This document shows positions 27,689 to 37,613 of a stretch of 64,000 bases of DNA, piece after piece. Below the pieces are notes generated by a model. It had not been told where the DNA came from and searched no databases. It was given only the letters and a program-made list of their open reading frames with translations. Every line of letters starts with the position of its first letter. Within the stretch, counting starts at the first letter, position 1. This stretch comes from Bdellovibrionales bacterium (GTDB taxonomy: Bacteria > Bdellovibrionota > Bdellovibrionia > Bdellovibrionales > JAGQZY01), in NCBI GenBank assembly GCA_964230645.1, contig CAXRHT010000001.1, forward strand, positions 954,219 through 1,018,218. The letters run 5' to 3'. The position numbers and the translations under genes are program-made.

Positions 27689-28636
27689 TCAATTGTAATC
27701 AGGTCGGATTGGAGCTGTAGCCTTAGGCTTTGAACCTCTTTGAAACTGAGTGTTTTGAATATGGAAATGAATCCCATGCTCTCTCAATTTTTGAGAAAGT
27801 CTCTCTCTCCCAGTAGACTTTAAATCCCATGCACTAGGTGGATTTGCTGCCCACGCAGCCACCCAACATAGAATTGAGTCTTTTTCCATTTCAATGACCC
27901 AAAAGGAGGGTTCCTCTGCCGGCAAGCGAAATTCGGAATCCATAGCCTCAATAGCGAGTTTTTTTACTAATTCTAAGTCCGCCCAAGGCTCCACATTGAA
28001 TTTAATAAAGGCCCATTCCGTTGTTTCTCCTAAAGAGAGATTTTCAATTTCTCTTTGCAAGAGGTTGTGATTGGGAATTACCAGGCGCCGCCAGTTCCAA
28101 ATTTTAATGGTCGTGTGGAGCATATTAATTTGCTCCACGGTTCCATACTGGCCATCAATAATGACGGTGTCATTGAGCCTGATGGGTTGGGAGAATGTAA
28201 GCACCATCCCTGCAATGGCATTTTCAATCACAGGTCTTGCTGCTAAACCAAAAACACCGGCAATCAGCCCCGTTAAAAGAGAAAGGTAGGTAGCCGGTAG
28301 TGCAGGGAGAAACGGAAGCGCAATAAAAATACCTGAGACAAAAAGGACTAAGGGCACATAGAAGCGCCTCATAAACTCAAAGCGAGTCTCAATACTTTGA
28401 ACGGCACTTTCTTGATAATGGTGATGGGCCGCATGCTCACTCATGATGCTCGAATGGGTCGATTCATCTGGTGGTAGGACCGCGTCTTGATACTCGAGAT
28501 TTTCAGCACTTTTTAATCGCCTCCTTTTTTCCAACTGAATGATAAAAAGACCTCTCATCAGTAGAAAAGTGGAAACGAAGACCACAATGAATAAATAAAA
28601 ATAAATCGGCTCTAGGCTCTCGATAATTTCCATCAC
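27689..28636 (-). CDS. Small-conductance mechanosensitive channel (MscS family)
   Basis: GLAARPVIENAIAG, QPIRLNDTV, GTVEQI, RRLVIPN. Confidence 0.88.
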   Translation of the reverse strand: MMEIIESLEPIYFYLFIVVFVSTFLLMRGLFIIQLEKRRRLKSAENLEYQDAVLPPDESTHSSIMSEHAAHHHYQESAVQSIETRFEFMRRFYVPLVLFVSGIFIALPFLPALPATYLSLLTGLIAGVFGLAARPVIENAIAGMVLTFSQPIRLNDTVIIDGQYGTVEQINMLHTTIKIWNWRRLVIPNHNLLQREIENLSLGETTEWAFIKFNVEPWADLELVKKLAIEAMDSEFRLPAEEPSFWVIEMEKDSILCWVAAWAANPPSAWDLKSTGRERLSQKLREHGIHFHIQNTQFQRGSKPKATAPIRPDYN

Positions 28637-28849
28637 TCATTTAAGAGTGCCACAGAGTGCCCAGGAAAAAAAGTGTTTTAGACAGGCTATAAGACCTTCT
28701 TGGAATCCTGAGCTCCTGGTGACCCATGAAAGCGACAAATGACCAGGCCCCGGGCAATCACCAAAATCGATTGAGTAAAACTCCCCTGTAATCTCTAATA
28801 ATACATGCATTGCGGAGATCCTTCTTCCTATTCAAGCATGCCCAAGACA

Positions 28850-29611
28850 CTATTCAAAATTTTGCTTAAAAAGGATATGAGTGGCTTTATCACCATAAGG
28901 GTCATCGCCGTCTTTTATTTCAGCAGAAGTGTAGCCACTACCGACATCCACTAAACTTAGCCTTCTGCCATCAATTCGAAAATAGAAACGCCAGGTTTTA
29001 TAAGAAAAAACAAAGCCCTCCGATGAAGGCTTAACCCTTTTAATTTTACTGTTGGTTGGCTCGTAAGTGAGATGATTCGAAAGAACATTTCTAAGGGAAA
29101 CGGTAAAATGAGATTGTAGCCAGTCGAGCTTCTCTTCAAATCGCTTGGTCATACTAATGTCAAAGTCTTCACAGTCTTCGATCCATCCTAATGTAGCTTC
29201 GGGAAAACTATCAGCATAAGTAAGGTAAGGCTTGATATCTAGAATAGGAGTACCGTCTAGCAGGTCCACATCTTTAACGAAAATTTTTCTTTGCTCAATG
29301 CGCTCAAGCTTTACGCAACTCATACCAATGGGATTGGGACGATAAGGAGAGCGGGTGGAAAAAACGCCACGCTTTCCTCTCCCTCGAGGAGGACGAACCA
29401 AGGAGGACCACTGTGAGTTTTGATGAAAAGTGTAGAGAAGCCAAATATGATCAAAGCCCTTTAAATCACGCAAACTCTCTAAAGGAATTTCCCGAGTAAG
29501 CTCAACAATTCCAGTCGAGTCTTTTGACAAACTGGCTTGTCTCGGCGCCTCGGCGGGAGTTTTTTGATCGCCTTTAAAAATTCCAATAGGGTGAAGCTTT
29601 ACTTCTTCCAC
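28850..29611 (-). CDS. trmO: tRNA m6t6A37 methyltransferase TrmO (TsaA/YaeB)
   Basis: APRQ, GVFSTRSPYRPNPIGMS, DLLDGTPILDIKPY. Confidence 0.92.
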   Translation of the reverse strand: MEEVKLHPIGIFKGDQKTPAEAPRQASLSKDSTGIVELTREIPLESLRDLKGFDHIWLLYTFHQNSQWSSLVRPPRGRGKRGVFSTRSPYRPNPIGMSCVKLERIEQRKIFVKDVDLLDGTPILDIKPYLTYADSFPEATLGWIEDCEDFDISMTKRFEEKLDWLQSHFTVSLRNVLSNHLTYEPTNSKIKRVKPSSEGFVFSYKTWRFYFRIDGRRLSLVDVGSGYTSAEIKDGDDPYGDKATHILFKQNFE

Positions 29612-30351
29612 TGCCTTAAAACCTCGAAGCTTGCCATACTAAGTGAATTTGCAACATTCAATGAATTCTTAATGCCCATCATAGGGATTGAGACCACCTC
29701 GTCCATAGAACTTAAAACCTCTTCACTCAACCCAAATCTCTCGTTACCCACCGTGAGAGCTAAGGGACTATCAGGCGTTTTAAAATTTGTGAGGTCTGTC
29801 GCATTTTTCGTGGTTTCTAGAGCAATTAATTTATAACCTTTCTTTTTCAACCCCTCATGAACCTCTGAAAAATGATGACTGTGACTCCACGAAACCCACT
29901 TCTCAGAGCCCATCGCTGTTTTCTTAACGCCTTTGTCTTCTGGCGTGGGTGTGTAGCCTACCAAGAATATGTGCTCCACCCCTAAACACTCAGCAGTTCG
30001 AAAAAGGCTACCCACATTGAAGGACGAGCGGAGATGATCAAGAATAAAACAGTAAGGATAAGTTGTTCTTTTAGCTTTCGGGTTATCGCCTTCGTTAATC
30101 TTAAAAATTTGATCGTCCTTAACAGAAACTTGAAGGTAGCGCTCAAGTGGTACGGCTAAATCCAAAAGCTTTCTCAAAGACATATTCTTTTCAATCTGAA
30201 ATTCAAACGGGGCCATTTTCTTCAAAAAGCGGTTTTCACTATTGAAAAGGTCAAACCACTGAAAATATTTGGACAGCAGCACCACTAAGTCTTCTACTTT
30301 TTTTTTGTCTTTCCAGTTCTCTTCAATTTCGTAAATGAGATTGAGAACCAC
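29599..30351 (-). CDS. TrmH/SpoU family RNA methyltransferase
   Basis: LRSSFNVGSLFRTAE, GNERFGL, IPMMGIKNSLNVA. Confidence 0.9.
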   Translation of the reverse strand: MVLNLIYEIEENWKDKKKVEDLVVLLSKYFQWFDLFNSENRFLKKMAPFEFQIEKNMSLRKLLDLAVPLERYLQVSVKDDQIFKINEGDNPKAKRTTYPYCFILDHLRSSFNVGSLFRTAECLGVEHIFLVGYTPTPEDKGVKKTAMGSEKWVSWSHSHHFSEVHEGLKKKGYKLIALETTKNATDLTNFKTPDSPLALTVGNERFGLSEEVLSSMDEVVSIPMMGIKNSLNVANSLSMASFEVLRQWKK

Positions 30352-30413
30352 TCGGGCTTTACGACTCTCAGAAAGTTGACTGAACTTTTCCTTAGTGTAA
30401 ATGACAACCTCGC

Positions 30414-32054
30414 TTAAGCTTTTGACGCTTCAACTAACTCTTCTACCTTCTTAGGATCCACCCGCTGAGAGAGATGTTCGAAGGTATTAAGTTGACTATT
30501 GTAAAGAGGCAAACTTTCAAGGCTCACGTCTTTCCACATGAGTTCTTCGAATCCAAAAAGCTTCTCAACTTTCCTAGCGTACTCAGGAAGAATGGGCTTA
30601 AGATAGATTGTCATCAAAGCAAACACGCCGAGAATATCGGTCAAAATGGCTTGAGTGGTGTCGGGATCTTCTTTAATGAGTTTCCAAGGCGCTTTTTCGT
30701 CAAAGTATTGATTGGCTTTGTCGGCGATTTCTCGCACCTCAACCATGGCTTTGGCAAAATTAAGCTCCTCAATAAGTTTTTTTATAACGTCCGAGCGACT
30801 CTGGGCCCACTCGATCAATTTTCGACCTTCTTCTGTGGGCTCACTGGTTTTGCCATCAAACTTTTTATTGATCATCTGAGCGCCACGCGAGCCGAGGTTT
30901 GTGATTTTACCTATGAGATCAGAATTCACTCTTTGACAAAAATCATCCAAGTTAAGATCAAGGTCACCAATGCCATTGAGTTTACAAGCGTAGTAGTAAC
31001 GAAGATGAGTCGGATCTAAAAACTCCAGGTACTTAGCCGCCGAAATAAAAGTCCCTTTGGACTTACTCATTTTTTCACCATTCACAGTAAGGAAACCGTG
31101 AACATAAACTTGGTTTGGGGTTTTAAGTCCCGTGGCCTTTAGCATCGCTGGCCAAAAGAGCGCATGAAAATAAACAATGTCTTTTCCAATAAAATGGAAA
31201 ATCTCAGTTTTCTCATCGTTCCAAAACTCATCGAAATCAAGTCCCTCTTGTTCGCACCACTTGGTGAGGCTCGACATATACCCAATTGGGGCATCCACCC
31301 ACACGTAGAAAAACTTGTTGGGGTAACCTGGAATTTCAAAACCAAAATAGGGAGCATCCCTTGAAATGTCCCAATCCCTAAGGTCTTCATCCAACCATTC
31401 TTTTAATTTGTTACTCACCTCTTTTTGGGTGTGCTTAGGAACCCACTCTCGAAGAAAGTCACGAAAGTCGTTGAGTTGAAAAAAGATATGTTCACTTTCT
31501 TTTTTGGTGGGCGGATTGGAACAAAGAGAGCACTTAGGGTCTTTAAGATCGGTGGGCGCATAAGTGGCACCACATTTGTCACACGAATCTCCGTACTGCT
31601 CCTGGGCCCCACAGTTCGGGCAGGTACCGATCACAAAGCGATCGGGCAAAAACATATTGTCGTGCTCACAAAAGCTTTGATTGATCGACTTTACATTAAT
31701 ATGACCACCCTTTTTCATGGCTTTGAAAACTCTTTCCGCCAGGGCTTTATTTTCAGGACTATGGGTGGAGTGGTAGTAATCAAATTCAATTTGAAAGTTT
31801 TTAAAGTCTTCTAAGTGTTCCACCTTTGATCGCTCAATCAATTCTTCGGGAGTAATCCCCTCTTTTCTCGCGCGAATCATTACAGGAGCACCGTGGGTGT
31901 CGTCGGCACAAATATAAAGAGCTTTGTTTCCAAACATCTTTTGGTAGCGAACCCAATAGTCCGTTTGCAGATACTCTACCAAGTGCCCCATGTGGATAGA
32001 GCCATTGGCGTAGGGAAGAGCGGAAGTAGCAACAATTTGTCTTTGATTTTCCAT
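30414..32054 (-). CDS. metG: Methionyl-tRNA synthetase (no C-terminal tRNA-binding appendix)
   Basis: LPYANGSIHMGH, Zn knuckles, DWDISRD, KMSKS; 546 aa. Confidence 0.96.
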   Translation of the reverse strand: MENQRQIVATSALPYANGSIHMGHLVEYLQTDYWVRYQKMFGNKALYICADDTHGAPVMIRARKEGITPEELIERSKVEHLEDFKNFQIEFDYYHSTHSPENKALAERVFKAMKKGGHINVKSINQSFCEHDNMFLPDRFVIGTCPNCGAQEQYGDSCDKCGATYAPTDLKDPKCSLCSNPPTKKESEHIFFQLNDFRDFLREWVPKHTQKEVSNKLKEWLDEDLRDWDISRDAPYFGFEIPGYPNKFFYVWVDAPIGYMSSLTKWCEQEGLDFDEFWNDEKTEIFHFIGKDIVYFHALFWPAMLKATGLKTPNQVYVHGFLTVNGEKMSKSKGTFISAAKYLEFLDPTHLRYYYACKLNGIGDLDLNLDDFCQRVNSDLIGKITNLGSRGAQMINKKFDGKTSEPTEEGRKLIEWAQSRSDVIKKLIEELNFAKAMVEVREIADKANQYFDEKAPWKLIKEDPDTTQAILTDILGVFALMTIYLKPILPEYARKVEKLFGFEELMWKDVSLESLPLYNSQLNTFEHLSQRVDPKKVEELVEASKA

Positions 32055-32078
32055 AGGTTACAACTTAACGATGCTCGA

Positions 32079-32954
32079 TTAAAAATGCCAGGGAAATTTC
32101 GAGTAATCTTGCTTACGCTTTTCTAAAAAGGCGTTGCGCCCTTCTTTCGCTTCATCCGTGCCATAGGCAAGGCGAGTGGCTTCTCCTGCAAACACTTGCT
32201 GCCCCACAAGACCATCATCCACTAGATTGAAAGCAAACTTAAGCATCTTGATCGCCGTGGGACTTTTCGTGTTGATCGTCTGACACCAGCTGAGGGCTTC
32301 ATTTTCAAGATCCTTATGGGGCACAACCTTATTGACCATCCCCATTTGAAAAGCTTCCTCGGCCGAATAATCAGCTCCTAAAAAGAAGATCTCGCGCGCT
32401 CTTTTTTGCCCTACCATTTTCGCTAAATAGGCCGAACCATAACCACCATCAAAGCTTGCCACATCAGCATCGGTTTGCTTGAAAACGGCATGCTCTTGGC
32501 TCGCTAGAGTCAGATCACAAACCACATGAAGGGAATGCCCCCCTCCAACAGCCCAACCAGGGACAAGGCAAACAACAACTTTCGGCATAAAACGAATCAG
32601 ACGTTGAACTTCAAGAATGTGAAGACGTCCCAAGGTTTTACCAGAATCATATTGATAGCCTGACTCCCCTCGCACACGCTGATCTCCACCGGAACAAAAA
32701 GCCCATCCACCATCTTTAGGCGAAGGGCCGTTACCCGTTAAAATCACCGTTCCCACATTAGGAGTTTCTGCAGCATGAAGAAGAGTGCGATAAAGCTCAT
32801 CCACAGTTTGAGGTCTAAAAGCATTTCGACACTCCGGCCGATTGAAAGCGATTCTCACTGTCCCCTGCTTCTTCGCTCGATGATAAGTCATATCACTAAG
32901 CTCAAACCCCTCAACCTCTTCCCAAACATCTGTATCAAAAATCTCAGAAACCAT
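32079..32954 (-). CDS. menB: 1,4-dihydroxy-2-naphthoyl-CoA synthase
   Basis: AFCSGGDQR, GWAVGGGHSLH, SFDGGYG, VGQKRAREI. Confidence 0.95.
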   Translation of the reverse strand: MVSEIFDTDVWEEVEGFELSDMTYHRAKKQGTVRIAFNRPECRNAFRPQTVDELYRTLLHAAETPNVGTVILTGNGPSPKDGGWAFCSGGDQRVRGESGYQYDSGKTLGRLHILEVQRLIRFMPKVVVCLVPGWAVGGGHSLHVVCDLTLASQEHAVFKQTDADVASFDGGYGSAYLAKMVGQKRAREIFFLGADYSAEEAFQMGMVNKVVPHKDLENEALSWCQTINTKSPTAIKMLKFAFNLVDDGLVGQQVFAGEATRLAYGTDEAKEGRNAFLEKRKQDYSKFPWHF

Positions 32955-32978
32955 AAATAACCTCTCCAAATTTAATAA

Positions 32979-33134
32979 GGAATCTCCAGCATCTGAGGGG
33001 GCGTTTCTTGAACCTCGTTAGAGTATGGCTCTGGCAAGCCGGAGGCGCTCACCCGAAGGGTGATGCCAGCAAAGCAGGAGCTGTGCCTACTCTAATGAGA
33101 TTCAAGAAACGCCCCCTCAGATGCTGGAGGTTCC
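32979..33134. repeat. 156-bp palindromic element (47-bp inverted arms with a branched centre), MITE/REPIN-like
   Basis: Arms 32979-33025 and 33088-33134 match with 3 mismatches; internal hairpin TCACCC-GAA-GGGTGA. Confidence 0.85.
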
Positions 33135-33280
33135 GCCCCAAGCCCAAAACCGCCCAGGCGCCCTGATTTTTGTCACAAGAAACAGATCCTGTCTGCCAAT
33201 CTTCAAAACTGGGGCCCTGCGCAATTGCCCACCAACAAGGGATCTTGCTAATTTCTTACTTTATTTTTGGGGGAGGGTTT

Positions 33281-34711
33281 ATGATCACACGTCTGATCTG
33301 TGTTGTGGTGTTTTTATGTCCATTGGTTCTAAGGGCTCAAGAGCTCATTGATCGAGAGGCATTGAGTAAAAAAGCCGGGGAAGAATTCCTCCAAACTCAT
33401 TTTTTTGAAAACGGGCGAGGCATGACCATCTCTCCTGACCTTTCTGTTTTCTTTGGCGGACTAAAAAAACAGCCCTCCCTAATCCTAGATCCCTATATCA
33501 CTAAAAAATACGGCTTTCTCCCTGGAAAAAACCAACGCTATGTCGGTGTCTTTGACGTTAAATGGAAAGACATGAACTTAGCGGTTCTTGGGTGTACGGC
33601 TTGTCATTCTGGACGCGCGGCCGGGATCACCATACCAGGCCTTGGAAATAAAACGATAGACCCTTATGCCATTGGCAAATCACTGGTGCGAGCGCAGAAA
33701 GTTTGGAAACACTTAATCGCCCACAAATTGGAAAACGACCCCGATTACGCCTACGTTCATAACAAGGCCATGATTTTTGCGGAAACCCTCGCCAATCCCG
33801 ATGTTTCCAACCTAACTCGAGGCCTTGTCCCAGACTCAGTGATCAAAACATTTTTCTACCGTGACACCGGAACTCCATGGGGCCCAGAGATCGAACGCAC
33901 TCAAGTTAAGGTTCCCTTCCTTTGGGGTTTTGCTGAAAAGCGAAAAGTGGGCGTATTTGCCGACGGTTCACTGAATTCAGAAAATTATGCCTGGGCCTTT
34001 GGAGCGGAATTGATGGCCAGTGATTCTGGTGAGCACCTTAGAGCCTCAATGCCAAAACTTAAACATGTCATCGACAATCAAGTGGCTAACTTTCTACCGC
34101 CAAAATACCCTTTTGAAATTGATCAAAAGTTGGCTGAACAAGGACGGGCCTTAGTGCAAAACAATTGTTACGAGTGTCACGGCAATCACAAAAGGGACCC
34201 CGAGGGTTTTCCCATTTATGAGGCTCCCCAACTCATCCCTCACGATCTAGTGGAAACCAATCCCCAAAGACTTGATTACGGAAATTCACTTTGGGTGGAT
34301 CTCGCAGAGCAAGGCAGTGTCTCGGATTTAATTAAATTTAATCGCCCCTGGTTTGGCTTTGGCTACTATGCCCCGAAGCTCTGGGGAATCTGGAGCCGCT
34401 TCCCGTATTTTCATAACGGCTCCGTCCCCACCCTTTATCATGTCCTTATGCCTCCTGAGGAACGCCCTGAGGTCTTCTCAATGGAGGATGCTGGTGAAAG
34501 GCATCGTTTTGATACGAACTACGTAGGTCTCACCACTTTCAGAAACCCTGCCATGATTGATTCTCAAATTCTAAAAGCGGAACGAGGGAACCGCGACCTT
34601 TATTGGATTGGTAAAGAAGAACATTCTAACCAGGGCCATTACTTTGATTTTATGGAAAAGTTCGACCATGAGGATCGCATGGCCGTCATTGAATTTTTGA
34701 AAACACTTTAG
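33281..34711 (+). CDS. Secreted di-heme c-type cytochrome, RoxA-like branch of the diheme peroxidase superfamily
   Basis: CTACH, CYECH, YYAPKLWGIWSRFPYFHNGSVPTL, SNQGH, EFLKTL; GGAGG RBS before ATG 33281. Confidence 0.75.
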   Translation: MITRLICVVVFLCPLVLRAQELIDREALSKKAGEEFLQTHFFENGRGMTISPDLSVFFGGLKKQPSLILDPYITKKYGFLPGKNQRYVGVFDVKWKDMNLAVLGCTACHSGRAAGITIPGLGNKTIDPYAIGKSLVRAQKVWKHLIAHKLENDPDYAYVHNKAMIFAETLANPDVSNLTRGLVPDSVIKTFFYRDTGTPWGPEIERTQVKVPFLWGFAEKRKVGVFADGSLNSENYAWAFGAELMASDSGEHLRASMPKLKHVIDNQVANFLPPKYPFEIDQKLAEQGRALVQNNCYECHGNHKRDPEGFPIYEAPQLIPHDLVETNPQRLDYGNSLWVDLAEQGSVSDLIKFNRPWFGFGYYAPKLWGIWSRFPYFHNGSVPTLYHVLMPPEERPEVFSMEDAGERHRFDTNYVGLTTFRNPAMIDSQILKAERGNRDLYWIGKEEHSNQGHYFDFMEKFDHEDRMAVIEFLKTL

Positions 34712-35061
34712 GATTTTAAAAGACTATTCCACTGATCCTCTTTAAAGCCCACAACACCCTGATCTCCCTTGAGGAGAAAGGGGCGCTTGATCAGCTTTCC
34801 ATTAGAACTTAGAAGCTCGATGGCTTCGTCTTTAGTCATACTGGGAAGTTTTTCTTTGATATTTTTTTCCCGGTAAACAACACCTGAGGTATTAAAAAGC
34901 TTTTTAATTTCTCCATCATAGCTTTTTAGCATTTTCTTTAGCTCTGTTTTGGTGGGAGGCTTTTCAGTAATATCAACCACTGAAACTTCCACACCTTTTT
35001 TATCTAAAAACTTTAAGGCCTTTTGACAGGTGCTACATTTCTTATAGGAATAAACTTTCAT
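34708..35061 (-). CDS. ArsC/Spx (YffB/YusI-like) family protein
   Basis: CSTCQKA, FNTSG, LIKRP. Confidence 0.88.
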   Translation of the reverse strand: MKVYSYKKCSTCQKALKFLDKKGVEVSVVDITEKPPTKTELKKMLKSYDGEIKKLFNTSGVVYREKNIKEKLPSMTKDEAIELLSSNGKLIKRPFLLKGDQGVVGFKEDQWNSLLKS

Positions 35062-35072
35062 TTCCGACGCCT

Positions 35073-35453
35073 CTAGTTTTCAAGGATTTCTCGTTCTGTT
35101 TTAAGATCTCGGCTATTGGCCTTTTCCTCAGTGAACTTTTCTCCGTAACGGGCTTTCAATTTTGTGATATTTCTTTCCATCACGTCTTTGAAATCCACAT
35201 CCAGTTCATCGGCTATGATCGCACAGTACCAAAAGATGTCTCCCATTTCTTCGCGTAGGTTTACCTTATCTAAATCTTTCCCGTAAAAAATGTGCTTTTT
35301 TAAAGCGTCGAGAAATTCGCCGGCCTCTGTGGCGAGTCCGATACCTCCGTGCAGAAGTCTTTGAATTTCTGTGGCTTGTAGACGGCCGCCAATCGCATCG
35401 AAATCACGAGACTCGGTTTTAATTGCATTTTTGATGTATTCATTTGTTTCCAT
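35073..35453 (-). CDS. MazG-like nucleotide pyrophosphohydrolase
   Basis: GLATEAGE, EEMGDIFWY, NITKLKARY. Confidence 0.85.
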   Translation of the reverse strand: METNEYIKNAIKTESRDFDAIGGRLQATEIQRLLHGGIGLATEAGEFLDALKKHIFYGKDLDKVNLREEMGDIFWYCAIIADELDVDFKDVMERNITKLKARYGEKFTEEKANSRDLKTEREILEN

Positions 35454-35586
35454 AGTTTCACCCCTTCAAGATGCTTGAAAATACTACGCGAAAGGCTATA
35501 AGATGCAAGAGTTAGCGCAGGCCAAAACCGCTGTTCTCGGATTTGGTGGCCTATTTCCTCAATTTACGGCAACCAGGGAGTCAATC

Positions 35587-36066
35587 ATGTTATGCCCATG
35601 CTCAAGTCAAAAACAGTATGAAAACTGCTGTGAGCCCATCCTCAAAGGCACACCGGCCGAGACTGCAGAGGATTTAATGCGAGCTCGCTACACCGCCTAC
35701 ACCCAAGTGGACATGGATTTTATTAAAAGCACCCATGATCCCGAAACTATTAAGAAAACCAATATGAAGGAAAACCAAGCCTGGGCTGAACAAACTCAGT
35801 GGGAAGGTCTTGAGATTGTAAGCACAGAAAAAGGGCAGCCAAGCGACGACTGGGGCATGGTCGAATTCAAAGCTAAATTTGTGGGAGGAGGGGAAGCTGG
35901 CACTCACCATGAGGTCTCTGAGTTTAATAAAAAACAGGGCCGTTGGTACTTCTCTAAAGGTAAAGCTCCAGAAAACTTTCAGATCGTTAATACGGAACCG
36001 AAAGTGGGCCGCAATGATCCTTGTCCTTGTGGCAGTGGCAAGAAATATAAGAAGTGTTGTGCCTAA
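35587..36066 (+). CDS. ychJ: YchJ family protein with SEC-C motifs
   Basis: [44 protein letters not shown]. Confidence 0.9.
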   Translation: MLCPCSSQKQYENCCEPILKGTPAETAEDLMRARYTAYTQVDMDFIKSTHDPETIKKTNMKENQAWAEQTQWEGLEIVSTEKGQPSDDWGMVEFKAKFVGGGEAGTHHEVSEFNKKQGRWYFSKGKAPENFQIVNTEPKVGRNDPCPCGSGKKYKKCCA

Positions 36067-36077
36067 GCTTTTCCGGT

Positions 36078-36647
36078 TCAACCCGGCTGAACGGGATCGA
36101 TTGAAATTTCATTAATATGAATGTCTTTGGGCTGGTTGATCAGCCAATAAATGTATTCCGCCACCTTTTGCATGGATAGTGTGGCTCGCCCGGGATTTTG
36201 CTCCTGTCTGTTGTCTAGCGTACCAAAGGAGCAGTAGTGGACTTTAGGAGCCTGACTCCACACACTCTGCAGACTATGGCCGGAGCTCATCTCTCTTAAA
36301 ATGCGTTTTTCATAGTGATAGAGGTTTCTTGAGCCTTTCTTTACCCGGTCTGTGGTGGACCCGATATTTACAATCCTACGATCACTATAACCTTTATCCG
36401 CCCAGTCACAAAAAAGCTTGTGAGCCAGGACACTGGCATTGAAAAAATAATTGGCGTAAAGGTTAATAAAAATATCAAATTCATCGGCCAGTTTAACGAT
36501 TTTTTTGACTGTTCCGTAGGGGTTCTCTTGAAAATCATAACCGTTTCTTCGACTCACACAATGACATTCGTAAGAGTTTTCCTCGAAAATGGGAACCAAG
36601 TAGGAACAAAGATCTTTTTCTGGATTCCCTGTGATCAAAACTTTCAT
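36078..36647 (-). CDS. Divergent SDR-like Rossmann-fold protein
   Basis: KVLITG, IVNIGS, YHYEK (YxxxK), QPKDIHINEI; glycine-rich loop degenerate. Confidence 0.6.
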   Translation of the reverse strand: MKVLITGNPEKDLCSYLVPIFEENSYECHCVSRRNGYDFQENPYGTVKKIVKLADEFDIFINLYANYFFNASVLAHKLFCDWADKGYSDRRIVNIGSTTDRVKKGSRNLYHYEKRILREMSSGHSLQSVWSQAPKVHYCSFGTLDNRQEQNPGRATLSMQKVAEYIYWLINQPKDIHINEISIDPVQPG

Positions 36648-36788
36648 AACCCCACCCCTTTTTGAAATCTATTCGGTCACCCAAAGAATCGACAAGGCCA
36701 ACTGAGTCACAGGCTCTCAAAGCTCCTCTAGACGTTCTAGCGACTCAGTAGCCTAGATCGGTGTGAAGTGGTAACATAGGCACTGACT

Positions 36789-37613
36789 ATGACTTTTTCC
36801 ACCTTAGCTTCAACTGATATTTTCAGAATCTTTTTTTCCGTTGGAGGTTTAATTTTCTTCTGGGGAATTTCACTTTTATTCCCTTACCGGAATATAAAAA
36901 AAGAATTCACTTGGAATCGGTGGAAAAATAATTTGTTTTTTAATTTTTTCAATGCCCTTGTTGTGAAAATCCTCGCTCCATTGACCTTGATTCAAATTGC
37001 ACAATCGGAAGGGCCCATCACCTTTTCGCTCCCTTTGTGGTTAAAAATCTTACTTGGAATTCTTGTTCTTGATGTGGTTATTTATTGGCAGCATCGATTT
37101 TTTCATAAATACCCCCTACTCTGGCGACTTCATCGCGTACACCATTGTGACGTCGAGTTTGACACCACAACCGCCGGACGATTTCACACCATCGAAATTC
37201 TCATCTCTTTTGGGATCAAAGCCTTTTTCGTTTTCCTACTACCAATCCCGGCTCAGGCTGTTCTAATTTTTGAAATTCTACTTAACTTTTCCTCACTCTT
37301 TAACCACAGCAACTTTGAGTTCCCGCAACCTTTGGAAAAGATCATAAGACTTTTTGTCATTACTCCCCATCTCCATAGAGTTCATCATTCCACACGGAGA
37401 GAAGAGATGAATTCCAATTTTGGATTCTCAGTCAGCTGGTGGGATTTTCTTTTCGGAAGTCTAAAACTTGATGCAAAAGAATTGGGAAACCAAATGGACA
37501 TTGGATTAAAACAATGGAGGCAAGATAAAGATCAAAAACTTTGGAACTTAATCATAAACCCTTTTCTAGCAGATCAGAAGAATAAGGCTGATAACAGTAC
37601 CAGAAACAACTAA
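36789..37613 (+). CDS. Sterol desaturase / fatty acid hydroxylase family protein
   Basis: His boxes HRFFH, HRVHH, FNHSN, HRVHH; SNFG. Confidence 0.9.
   Translation: MTFSTLASTDIFRIFFSVGGLIFFWGISLLFPYRNIKKEFTWNRWKNNLFFNFFNALVVKILAPLTLIQIAQSEGPITFSLPLWLKILLGILVLDVVIYWQHRFFHKYPLLWRLHRVHHCDVEFDTTTAGRFHTIEILISFGIKAFFVFLLPIPAQAVLIFEILLNFSSLFNHSNFEFPQPLEKIIRLFVITPHLHRVHHSTRREEMNSNFGFSVSWWDFLFGSLKLDAKELGNQMDIGLKQWRQDKDQKLWNLIINPFLADQKNKADNSTRNN

Noticed and set aside
28690..28840. SRP or 6S RNA in the mscS-trmO gap
   Set aside because: Has a stem but lacks the SRP GGAA-loop/AGCAG motif and the long 6S rod with central bubble.
32979..33134. tRNA or CRISPR interpretation of the palindrome
   Set aside because: No T-loop or acceptor stem features, and no repeat-spacer periodicity.
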